Source: an uncultured delta proteobacterium (GTDB lineage Bacteria > Myxococcota_A > Polyangia > Polyangiales > Polyangiaceae). From it: a stretch of DNA of 64,000 nt. The translations under genes and the position numbers were made by a program. The DNA lies in NCBI GenBank assembly GCA_963716725.1, contig CAVQUB010000011.1, positions 160,001 to 224,000 on the forward strand, read 5' to 3'. Positions 1 through 9,162 of the stretch are shown here, in pieces; the first letter of the stretch is position 1; every line of letters begins with the position of its first letter. The notes beneath the pieces were generated by a model. It searched no databases. It was not told the origin of the DNA and worked only from the letters and a program-made list of their open reading frames with translations.

Positions 1-579
1 GCGGTCGAGATCGATCCGTGACGCCACCAGCTCGCGCTCCTCTTGGGTGTTGAAGGCGATGGCGCGCGTGCGACGGAAGGCCCGGAGCGCGAGTTCGAGG
101 CGGAGGGCAGGCTCATCGTGGGCCGTCGGCACGAACAACGATCGCTCGGCCACGATTGGCAGGCCGAAGACCGTCGGGAAGTAGAGGTAGGTGAAGAAGA
201 CGAAGACGTCGAAGTCACGGCGTTGCTGGCGCAGGCCGGCGAGAAGCCCAGGCGCCAGGGGTCCCTGCGCCAGGAACCACGGGGGCTCGAAGGCACGACG
301 CAACGGCCCGTGACGGGTCAAGGGTCCGAAGAGGCTCTGCAGCACCGGGCGCCGCTCGGTCAACACGCGGAAGCGCTCGACCTCGATGCCCTCGAGCGTG
401 CTCGTGCCCGGCGCGTAGTGATTGGCCCAGGTCGAGTGATCGCGGGCGCAGGTCGTGAGCACCTTCACCTGCTGCACGTCGGCGCGGGCAGCGACGCGCT
501 CGGCGAGCTGCCGGCAGTGGAGCTCCGCGCCGCCGTTCACCTCGACGCCGTAACGTTGAACGACAAACGCGATGCGCAT
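1..579 (-). CDS. Glycosyltransferase family 4 (GT-B), 3' end outside window
   Basis: Manual translation from ATG at 579: MRIAFVVQRYGVEVNGGAELHCRQLAER...VLTTCARDHSTWAN...IEVERF, a typical GT4 N-terminus; absent from ORF track because it runs off the window. Confidence 0.8.
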   Translation of the reverse strand, partial: MRIAFVVQRYGVEVNGGAELHCRQLAERVAARADVQQVKVLTTCARDHSTWANHYAPGTSTLEGIEVERFRVLTERRPVLQSLFGPLTRHGPLRRAFEPPWFLAQGPLAPGLLAGLRQQRRDFDVFVFFTYLYFPTVFGLPIVAERSLFVPTAHDEPALRLELALRAFRRTRAIAFNTQEERELVASRIDLDR

Positions 580-614
580 CGCGGCGGAGTCTAGCGCGTC
601 GCCACCCGCCGACT

Positions 615-2864
615 TCACTTCACTCTCCGAATGCTCGACCATGGCCAACAGCGCCGCGCGTAACCGGTCATGAAGCTCGAGAGCAGCGCCGCTTCGGGCA
701 TCAAGGTCGGCGTCACGCCGCGGGCACTTTCGACGTCGAACACCGGCTTCGCGGGCTCGTCGGGATCGACCATCGCGCCGGCCTCGGTGATCCGGAACAG
801 TCGCGACGCCGCGTCAACGCCGATCACAACCGTGTCGGGCGCGGACGCCACTCGAAAGTGGGGGCTGAGGGTCTGACCGCCGAGCGTGTGCCAACGTTCG
901 GTCTCGGGCAGAGTCGAGAGGGCCGCGCCGCGGGCGAGCAACGCGAGGATCAGCCGCGGCACGTCGTTCTGGGAGGTGGGCCGATCACCGAGCAGGGTAT
1001 TCAGATCGGAGATCAGGGAGTGGACCCGGGCCGGGTTGGCGCACGACTTCACCAGCGCCTCGGGAAACACGACCAAGAACGGGATGTGCGACAGCGCGTG
1101 CTGGCGCTCGGCTCCGCTGAGCGTGGCGCCGCCTCGCCACAGGAAGTAGTCGGCGGTGGCGTGATCGCCGCCGATCACCAGCAGCGAGTCCGCGGCCGCC
1201 GCCGACGCTTCGAGCTTGGCAATCATCTCGCCGAGCGCGAAGTCGGAGTACGAGAGCGTGTCGAGTCGCTTCAGGTGATCCGCGCCGACGCTCTGCCCCG
1301 AGGCGGCCGCTATCTTGCGCACCCGCTCCCCGACCTCGGCCGGAAGGTCCTCGGGGCGATCGAAGGGGTGGTGATGCGAGAGCGTCATCAGCAGGTTGTA
1401 TTGGGACTCGCCCTGGGGTCGCGCGTCGCTCGCGGCCAGGGCCTGCGAGAGCACGATGCGATCAGGCACCGCCCAGCCACGGTGAGGTGTGTCTTCGACG
1501 TAGTCGCGCTCGGTCATCAGGTGATCGAAGCCGTGGTAGTGCAGAAAGCTCTGCATGTTGTCGAAGGCAGGGTTCGACCCGTAGTAGAAGTGGAGCGAGA
1601 AGCCGGCGTCCTTGAGCACGTCGGGCAAGCACCTGAGCGGCGGCAGCCCGAGGTCACGCGCGGATGACAGGCCCCAGGGCATGGTGCCAGTGCCGCAGAC
1701 CAATGCAGCCAGACCTTGGGACGTGCGAACGCCGGCCTGATGCATGCGCCGCGCGGCGATCACCCGGGGCTCCGGCATCGCCGCTGCGGTGTGCAGCCCG
1801 TCGAGAGTGGGGGTCAGACCGGCAGGCACCTTGGGATTGAGCGCGGCAATGTCGTCGGCGCGCATGCTCTCGAGCCCGACGTGCCAGACGCGCACTCGCT
1901 TCCTGTCGGCGAAGAGCTCCCGTGAGAGTTCGTCCACGACCGAGCCCACGCGGGAGGCAAACTCGTGATTGCTGCCCGCCCCCGCGTCGCGGGTCGGAAC
2001 GGAGAAGGGCTCGGCCAGGGGGTGAGGGCTGCAATCGGCGACGTCCGCGACGCGTCGACCCGCGTCGGGCGGCAGGCCGAGCATTGCGGCGCCCGGGGCG
2101 CGATCGGCCTCGGGCGAGCCGATGTGTTCGACCAGGGCGATGTAGCCGAAACGAATGTTCTCGTGACTGGTGCCGAGGCTGCGGAAGAAGACCGGGAAGG
2201 GCGACTCCACCACGCGCCAGTTGGCGAAGTTGCTCGAGAGGTGCGGGCTCGCTCGGTGCAGCCCGAAACCCAAGAGCGCCACGGCACCGAGCACGAAAGC
2301 GGTGAGCACGGCCTCAGGCACGGGCCGCCGCGGTGCAGGCTGGTCCGCGGCCCGGAGAAAGCCCCACGACAGCAGGACGAAACCCGCCAGCGCCAGCACC
2401 CAGCCCCACAGGAAGCGAGAGAGGAAAAACGTGCCGAGGGCCGAGCGCACATAGGCGCGATCCGCCAGGCCCATGCTGAGATCGAAGGAGGTCGGGTAGA
2501 GCCCGCGCTCGACCTTGAACTCGCTGGCGCTGATGGTGCCCCACAGCACGAACAGAAATCCCGCTGCCGTTGCCACTACAGCGGCGATGCGCAGAGCACG
2601 CGGACTCGGAAGCCGGCGCGCGATGCCCCAGGCGATCGCCGCACCGACCACGTTCACCAGGGCGTAGGTCGCGACGACGAAGGGACTGTCGGCCGCCATT
2701 CCGACGACGACGAGTTCCCAGGCGCGACCCGCAAACTGCGCCTGGTGTGACGCGAGGGCGATGCGCGCAGGCAGGAGCGCGAACACGAGGGCGACCACGA
2801 GATATCCCGCCCAGGCCAGCCCAAGACCGACGGCTCGCGGCAGCGCGTCACGCGACTCGCTCAC
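615..2864 (-). CDS. LTA synthase/OpgB-like membrane sulfatase-fold phosphotransferase
   Basis: About 5 N-terminal TM segments, then VGLES, GVRTS (Thr nucleophile), TLSHHHPF and GGDH metal-ligand motifs; start GTG 2864 inferred. Confidence 0.75.
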   Translation of the reverse strand: MSESRDALPRAVGLGLAWAGYLVVALVFALLPARIALASHQAQFAGRAWELVVVGMAADSPFVVATYALVNVVGAAIAWGIARRLPSPRALRIAAVVATAAGFLFVLWGTISASEFKVERGLYPTSFDLSMGLADRAYVRSALGTFFLSRFLWGWVLALAGFVLLSWGFLRAADQPAPRRPVPEAVLTAFVLGAVALLGFGLHRASPHLSSNFANWRVVESPFPVFFRSLGTSHENIRFGYIALVEHIGSPEADRAPGAAMLGLPPDAGRRVADVADCSPHPLAEPFSVPTRDAGAGSNHEFASRVGSVVDELSRELFADRKRVRVWHVGLESMRADDIAALNPKVPAGLTPTLDGLHTAAAMPEPRVIAARRMHQAGVRTSQGLAALVCGTGTMPWGLSSARDLGLPPLRCLPDVLKDAGFSLHFYYGSNPAFDNMQSFLHYHGFDHLMTERDYVEDTPHRGWAVPDRIVLSQALAASDARPQGESQYNLLMTLSHHHPFDRPEDLPAEVGERVRKIAAASGQSVGADHLKRLDTLSYSDFALGEMIAKLEASAAAADSLLVIGGDHATADYFLWRGGATLSGAERQHALSHIPFLVVFPEALVKSCANPARVHSLISDLNTLLGDRPTSQNDVPRLILALLARGAALSTLPETERWHTLGGQTLSPHFRVASAPDTVVIGVDAASRLFRITEAGAMVDPDEPAKPVFDVESARGVTPTLMPEAALLSSFMTGYARRCWPWSSIRRVK

Positions 2865-2973
2865 GCCGGCCACCTGGCATGAGGGGTCGAGCGGTGTCAA
2901 GGGCGCCGTCCGCGTCTTTCGGCGGCAGAAGCACTGTTCAGGCCGCCGGAGCGAGCGCAAGATACCGCGAGTC

Positions 2974-3906
2974 GTGTCGGCCCTCGAGCTCAGCGTCGTG
3001 ATCTGCACCTACAACCGGCGGGCGCTCGTCGAGCGCGCGGTGCGCTCACTCATGACCCAGACCCGATCGCCAGCGTCGTTCGAGGTGATCCTCGTCGACA
3101 ACAACTCGTCGGACGACACATTGGCCTGGGCCGAGGCCTTCAGCCGCGAGTTCTCGCAGCTCCGGCCAGTCCACGAGCGGCGCCAGGGGCTCTCCTTCGC
3201 GCGCAACCGCGGCGCGCTGGAGGCGAGCGCGCCCATCCTCGCGTTCCTCGACGACGACGCCGTCGCGGTTCCGGGCTGGGTCGACGCAATGCTGAAGGCG
3301 TTCTCGTCGGGACGCCCGCGCACGGTGGCCGTGGGCGGCCGCATCGAACTCGAGTGGGCGAAGCCGCGCCCCACGTGGCTGCCCGACTCGGCTCGGGGGT
3401 GGCTCGGGTACTTCACCCTGCCGGAGGACTGCCGCGATCTGCGGCCCGGCAAGGACAACCTTCGCGGCGGCAACATGGCCGTCGAGCGGGCGGCGTTGCT
3501 CGACGTCGGCTCATTCGATACTCGCCTCGGCCGTTCCAAGTCGGGGCTCATGGGAAACGAGGAGGTCGAGTTCCAGCGGCGACTCGAGCAACTCGGCAGG
3601 CCCATGGCCTACTCGCACGACGCGCTCATCTATCACTTGGTGCACCCCGAGCGACTGACTGCGCGCTGGATGTTCCGGCGCGCGTACGATCAGGGCCGCT
3701 CGGACGTGCACCTCGCAGAAGCGATGGCGCTGTCCCAGAGTTCGGCCGGCTTCGTCCGCCCAGCATCGAACGCCCTGTACAACGGCACCCGGGCGCTGCT
3801 GGCTCCTCGCACGTCGCGACGGATCCACTTCGCCCTGCGCGCTACCAGCGCCGTCGGCGCGGTCGTCGAAGGTGCCCGCCGCCGCGGCGCAGCTCCGGAG
3901 GGCTGA
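2974..3906 (+). CDS. Glycosyltransferase family 2
   Basis: LSVVICTYNR, VILVDNNSSD, GLSFARNRG, AFLDDD motifs; start GTG 2974 inferred. Confidence 0.9.
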   Translation: MSALELSVVICTYNRRALVERAVRSLMTQTRSPASFEVILVDNNSSDDTLAWAEAFSREFSQLRPVHERRQGLSFARNRGALEASAPILAFLDDDAVAVPGWVDAMLKAFSSGRPRTVAVGGRIELEWAKPRPTWLPDSARGWLGYFTLPEDCRDLRPGKDNLRGGNMAVERAALLDVGSFDTRLGRSKSGLMGNEEVEFQRRLEQLGRPMAYSHDALIYHLVHPERLTARWMFRRAYDQGRSDVHLAEAMALSQSSAGFVRPASNALYNGTRALLAPRTSRRIHFALRATSAVGAVVEGARRRGAAPEG

Positions 3907-6900
3907 GTGGGTGACTCGCAGCTTCCCCCGCGACGCAGACGCCGACTGATCGTGCGGTTGGCGCGCGGCGCGGGGCTGGCGCTGGCCGGGCTCCTGCTGC
4001 TCGTCGTGGCGGTGGTCGGCGCCCTGCACAGCGCGAGCGGGCAGGAGTTTATTCGCAAACGCTTCGAAGCGCGCCTGAGCGAGCGCATGCAGGGCAGCGC
4101 CAAGATCGGTCGGCTCGGGCTGAAGCTCTTCGGATCCATCGAGCTGGGCGGGGTCGTGCTGTCGGACGCGGGCGGCAAGCCGGTGGTCGAACTCGACTCG
4201 CTGCGCGTAGTGCCTGCGTGGCGCCAGCTGTCGGGCGGACACATCGTCATCGACCGGGTCGCGGTATCGGGCGTCCGCGTATCGATGCAGCAGGACGCTG
4301 ACGGCGGCTCCAACTTGAAGCGATTGTTCAAGCCAAGTCCTCCGACTCCGCCCGACCCGAACCCGAAGCGCCGACGGATTGAGGTGAGGGAGCTGGCGCT
4401 GTCGCAGATTGGGTTCTCGCTCGAAAAACCCGACGGCAGCAAGCTCGCGGTCGACGACCTCGAGCTCGACGCGCGCATCGACGCGACCCCCGTCGACAAG
4501 ACCGTCGAGCTGCGAGTCACCCGCCTCGCGCTCGGGCTCGAGCGACAGGGCGAGAAGGGCGCGAAGCTCGCGCTGAGAGAGCTCTCCACCCGGCTCGACG
4601 TCGCCCTGATCCAGGGCAAGGGCAAGATCGCGCTCGGGCCCCTGTCGGCAAAGCTCGATCTGACGCGTCCCGGAGTCGCGCCCTTCGCCACGCCCATCGC
4701 GCTCGGCGCCGTCGAGGTCGCCGTCGGTCCCGACGCGCTCGGTGCGACGCTGAAGAAGCTCGAGGCCGGGCTCGCGCTGCTCGAGAGCCTGGAGCTCTCC
4801 GGCAAGAAGGGCGACGCGGGGCTCGAAGGGCCGCAGAAGGCGGTGATTGTCGGCCTCAGGCTCGACGCCAAGCGACTGAACGAACTCTTGGGCAAGGACC
4901 TGCTCGCGAACAACGTGGATCTGAACGCAGCGATCGCCGGCGAGCCCGACGCGCTCGGCACCGACCTCGCGATCGACTCTGGCGGTGGCAAGCTCAGCGT
5001 CAGCGGCAAGCTCGACGTGTCGAAGCTCGACCGTCCCGGCTACGATCTGACGCTGCTGATCTCCAACCTCGCGACGAAGAAGTTGCTCGCGAGCCCCACC
5101 GCGCCGGACATCGAGGCCGAGAAGATCACGCTGGCCATCAAGGGCAGCGGCGCCAAGAAGGAGCTGATCGAGGCCGAGGTGCGACTGGACTCGGGCCCGG
5201 TGCGGATCGGCAAGATCCAGGTGGACGACATCACGCTGCGCGGGAAACTCTCGCGCGGTGTGGTGACGGTGAACGAGCTCAGGCTCCACGCCCTCGCCCA
5301 GACCCTGAACGCTCACGGCACCTTCACGCTCGCGGACAAGTCCCTCGATCTGAAGGTCGAGCTCGCGGGCGACATCGGTCGGGCCCTCGCCGCGGCAAAA
5401 CGCGCGGGGGTGGCGCTGAAGTCGACTATCCCGCCCGGCGCCATCGCGATTCAGAAGGGCGAGTTCCAGCTCGAAGTGAAGGGCAAACTCGACGAAGGGC
5501 TGACGGTCAGCTTGGCGCGGGCAACGCTGAGAGTGGCGGGGGGCAGCGTCGCGCTCGATGGCAACGTGACGCTGATCCGGGGTGAGCCCGATCCGGAGGG
5601 CAAGCGCGCCCTCGGGCTCGACCTGCTGAACACGGACATCGAGCTGCGCAACGTGCGGCTGTCTCGTCTGGCGGCCCTGCGGGGCAAGAAGCTACCGGGC
5701 ATCGACGGATCGTTGAACGGTTCGATCTCGCTGCGCGGCACCAAGCGGTCACCCAAAGCCGACGTGGACCTCACTATCCGCGCCCGGCGCAGCGACGACG
5801 CCAGCGCACCGAACCTCGTGGTCGACCTGAAAGCGCAGGGCGATGCGCGCAATCTCGACGCGAGCGTGAGCATCGACCGGGTCGGCAAGGACGGTTCGCG
5901 GAACCTGGCCAAGCTCGACGCCCGCCTGCCCATCACGCTCTCGGGACGGCGCGGACTCGCCGCGGGTCGGCGCATGGCGGTGAAGCTCGACCTGCACCGC
6001 ATCGCGCTCAGGGATCTGCTCCCGCTGTTGCCGCCGGAAATCGCAGCCAAGCTGCAAGCACCGCGGGAGACCGAGCTCGAGGCCCACGTGGAGCTCGGGG
6101 GTACGACCAGCGCGCCTCAGGGGGAAGTGAAGCTCGACGCGACCACCAAGCTCCCGCTGGTGGACGTTCGGCCTCGCTTGAACCTCGACCTTTCGATCGC
6201 GCCAGAGGGCCGGGGCAGTCGCGTCATCGCCAAGGCCCGGGCCTTCTTGGATCGTCGCGGGCCGGCAACGCTCACCCTCGACGCCGACGCGCGCCTCGGC
6301 GGTTCGCCGCTGCTGCCGCGCGGCGCCGAGCAGGTGGACTGGAAGCTCGCCGGGCGCCTTTCACCCCCGCCCCTCGACCGGCTTCCATTGGGACGCGACC
6401 TCTCGGGCAACACGGCCCTCGCCTTCGATTTGCACGGCACTCGCCACGACGCCGGGGGCCAGCTGGAGCTCACGCTCGCGGGCGTGAGGAAGGGCGAGAC
6501 CGGGCCCATCGACGGCAAGCTCACGGTGGATCTCGAGGCCGAACGCACTCGGCTCGCGCTGGACCTGAAGGTCGCGGGGCTCGAAGCGCTGCGCGCGCGG
6601 GGCAAGATCGGACTCGCGGGGCGCGGGCTGATCGCGACGTTGCGCGACAAGAAGGCCGGCGACGCGGATCTGGACGTGTTGGTCGAACTGCCCAAGCACC
6701 GCCTCGCCGAGTGGGCCGTTGTACGCCCCAAGTTGGAGAAGTATCTCGGAAGCTTCGGCGGTGCGCTTCACCTGGCTGGCAAGCTGAACGCACCGACCGC
6801 CAAGGGCGAGATCGCGCTCGACGACTTCACCACCGCGTCCGGTGAGGCGGGCCGCGCGGCGCTGCTGCTCGATGCGGGCGCCGAGCAGATCGATGTCGAC

Positions 6901-8526
6901 CTGCGTCTCGGACCCGTCAGCGATCAGGATCCGGTGGCGATCCGCGTGCACACGGCGCGCGCCGCCCTGATCGATCTGCTGCGAAAGAAGGAAGGCGACG
7001 CCAGCGCGGCGGTGAAGATCGAGGCCCGCGCCCACCGGAAACCCGTCGCTTCGGTGGTGCCGAAGCTCACCCGCGATTTCCCCGACACGGGCGCCCAAGG
7101 CACCTTCGACTGGGACATGCAGGGGGAGCTCGTGCTGGCCTCGACCGACGGCGTGCGGCGCCTGGCAGACGCGACGCTGCTCGGCGACTTGTCGATCACG
7201 AAAGGCAGCGTCCCGATCCCCGAAAGCAAGCGACGCTTCCACGGCGTCGAACTCGCGATCCGAGCGACACGGGACGCGCTACGCATCGACAAACTCGAGG
7301 TCCACGAGTCCGATCGCGAGAAGAAGGACCGGCGCGTTTTCGTCACCGGACAGCTGCCGTGGAGCCGCTTGCGCCCCGAACGCGTCGAGCTGGCGATCGA
7401 CGCCCAGGACTTCTTGCTCTTCGGCACTGATACGCTCGGCATGCCGGACGCGCCCCGCGGCGCCCTCAGCGCGAAGCTGGAGGTGAGCGGCGACCTCTCT
7501 CGGCCCCGCCGCCGCATCGACGCCACCGTGCATGCGCTGAATCTCTCGATGCCCGATCGCCTCGACAAGGCGCACTGGCCCGAGAAATCGAACCTGGGCG
7601 ACGTGCTCTACCTGAGCAAGAAGGGCGTCGCGGTGGGCAAGCTGCCACGGCCCGAAGCAAAGGCGAGCCCACCGCCGGCGCCGTCCGCGCCGTCCGCGCC
7701 GCTGCCAGATGCGCCCGGAGCCGCAGGAACCGACGTCTACCTGCACATCCCAAGGCCCATCAAGGTGCAGAAGATGCCCTTCGAGCTGGTTGCCAAGGGA
7801 GAGCTCGAGGTGAGGCTGCGCGCCGGGAAGAAACCGGCCATCACGGGGGAGCTCGTGGTCGTCGACGGCTACATGTCCCTTGGTGGCCGAAACCACGGCA
7901 TGGATCCGCGGCATCGAAGCCGGATCTTCTTCGACGCCGAGCACCCCGGCGGCGAGCTGGATCTCTGGGTGCGTCGTGCGCCCCACCCGGTCGTGCTCGC
8001 GGACGTGTCGCTGGTCTCGAGCGGCGGCGACGACGTGCGGCTCCACCTGACCGGTCCGATCTCGAAGCCCTTTTCGACGGTAAACGGGGTCGGCAACGCC
8101 GACCTCTGGGACATCTTGCCCGTGCACAACGCGGGTCGGGTCAAGTTCATGTCGGAGCCCGACTTGCCCGCGACGGCGGCCGTGCAGCTCCCGCGCGAGT
8201 ACGACGTCGTATTGCTCTCGTACATGGCGGTGAATCTCCCGCACAACCTGTTCCTGAGCCGTCTCAACGCCTGGGCGGATCCCCACGATGACCGCGGCGC
8301 CTACGGCCGCGTCCGCCACCTCGAAGCAGACCGCTACTCGGCGACCGGCAAGACTCGGATCCGCGCCGCGGCTCGTCCGACGACCATGGGTCAGAGCAGC
8401 GCCGAGCTCGAGATCGGTCACCTGTTCGTGAACGAACCCCATACCAAGGTCGGCGCGGCCATCGTCGCGGGCAGCCGGATCGGCGGTGGTCCGGCGCTGT
8501 TCTTCGAGTGGGCGAGCGACGATTGA
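3907..8526 (+). CDS. TamB/AsmA-like translocation-assembly (repeating beta-groove) protein
   Basis: 1539 aa, N-terminal TM anchor, long amphipathic beta-rich body, TamB-like C-terminal region. Confidence 0.7.
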   Translation: MGDSQLPPRRRRRLIVRLARGAGLALAGLLLLVVAVVGALHSASGQEFIRKRFEARLSERMQGSAKIGRLGLKLFGSIELGGVVLSDAGGKPVVELDSLRVVPAWRQLSGGHIVIDRVAVSGVRVSMQQDADGGSNLKRLFKPSPPTPPDPNPKRRRIEVRELALSQIGFSLEKPDGSKLAVDDLELDARIDATPVDKTVELRVTRLALGLERQGEKGAKLALRELSTRLDVALIQGKGKIALGPLSAKLDLTRPGVAPFATPIALGAVEVAVGPDALGATLKKLEAGLALLESLELSGKKGDAGLEGPQKAVIVGLRLDAKRLNELLGKDLLANNVDLNAAIAGEPDALGTDLAIDSGGGKLSVSGKLDVSKLDRPGYDLTLLISNLATKKLLASPTAPDIEAEKITLAIKGSGAKKELIEAEVRLDSGPVRIGKIQVDDITLRGKLSRGVVTVNELRLHALAQTLNAHGTFTLADKSLDLKVELAGDIGRALAAAKRAGVALKSTIPPGAIAIQKGEFQLEVKGKLDEGLTVSLARATLRVAGGSVALDGNVTLIRGEPDPEGKRALGLDLLNTDIELRNVRLSRLAALRGKKLPGIDGSLNGSISLRGTKRSPKADVDLTIRARRSDDASAPNLVVDLKAQGDARNLDASVSIDRVGKDGSRNLAKLDARLPITLSGRRGLAAGRRMAVKLDLHRIALRDLLPLLPPEIAAKLQAPRETELEAHVELGGTTSAPQGEVKLDATTKLPLVDVRPRLNLDLSIAPEGRGSRVIAKARAFLDRRGPATLTLDADARLGGSPLLPRGAEQVDWKLAGRLSPPPLDRLPLGRDLSGNTALAFDLHGTRHDAGGQLELTLAGVRKGETGPIDGKLTVDLEAERTRLALDLKVAGLEALRARGKIGLAGRGLIATLRDKKAGDADLDVLVELPKHRLAEWAVVRPKLEKYLGSFGGALHLAGKLNAPTAKGEIALDDFTTASGEAGRAALLLDAGAEQIDVDLRLGPVSDQDPVAIRVHTARAALIDLLRKKEGDASAAVKIEARAHRKPVASVVPKLTRDFPDTGAQGTFDWDMQGELVLASTDGVRRLADATLLGDLSITKGSVPIPESKRRFHGVELAIRATRDALRIDKLEVHESDREKKDRRVFVTGQLPWSRLRPERVELAIDAQDFLLFGTDTLGMPDAPRGALSAKLEVSGDLSRPRRRIDATVHALNLSMPDRLDKAHWPEKSNLGDVLYLSKKGVAVGKLPRPEAKASPPPAPSAPSAPLPDAPGAAGTDVYLHIPRPIKVQKMPFELVAKGELEVRLRAGKKPAITGELVVVDGYMSLGGRNHGMDPRHRSRIFFDAEHPGGELDLWVRRAPHPVVLADVSLVSSGGDDVRLHLTGPISKPFSTVNGVGNADLWDILPVHNAGRVKFMSEPDLPATAAVQLPREYDVVLLSYMAVNLPHNLFLSRLNAWADPHDDRGAYGRVRHLEADRYSATGKTRIRAAARPTTMGQSSAELEIGHLFVNEPHTKVGAAIVAGSRIGGGPALFFEWASDD

Positions 8527-8646
8527 TCTGCCTGCCGGCTGGTCTCCGGCGGCGTTGCCAGCCCAGGCCGCAGCTCGCTTTTGACCGCGCGGCGCGACGC
8601 GCAGAACCCGGTCGACAATCCCGCACGCCCCTCTACACTCTAGATC

Positions 8647-8847
8647 GTGCCTCGCTCACCCGCCCTACTGCTCGCGGTACTCGCCTTGGCGGGTTGCGCC
8701 GACGTCGCCCCGTGGCAGCGCTCCAAGCTCGCGCACCCGAGCATGGCGGCGCCGGAAGTGAGCCCCAGCCGCGCGCACCTGCAAGCGCTCCAAGAGGGCG
8801 CGACCGGTGGCGATGCGACGGTATCGGCCGGTTGCGGCTGCAACTGA
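8647..8847 (+). CDS. DUF4266-family small lipoprotein
   Basis: Lipobox LAGC, V-x-P-W-Q-R..LA...M, C-terminal GG...GCGCN. Confidence 0.8.
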   Translation: MPRSPALLLAVLALAGCADVAPWQRSKLAHPSMAAPEVSPSRAHLQALQEGATGGDATVSAGCGCN

Positions 8848-9162
8848 GGCGTCACTTCCTGATGCCCCCGGCGGCGATGACCAAGTGCGGTTCGAGCGCC
8901 GCGGCGACCCCCCGAAACCGCGACGCGAGCTCCTGACTCGCCTGATCGGCTCCACCCGGCCCCGCGCTACCGCGAGAGAAAGCTCGAAAAACTCCGGGCG
9001 CGGGCCGCTTGGCCCTTCCCGCCGCCCTCTGCACGACGGCACCGCGCTGCGGGCTGTCCGCGCTGGCCAGCAGCCTGTGTTCAGCTCGAGCGGCACCGCT
9101 CTTGCAAGTGAGGCTTTCGCACAAAGGGGTTGGTTTCCCTTGGATCGCAGCTGAATTGGAGT

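Noticed and set aside
8848..9162. Possible ncRNA or riboswitch upstream of dnaG
   Set aside because: GC-rich with possible stems but no recognisable family signature; needs an Rfam scan
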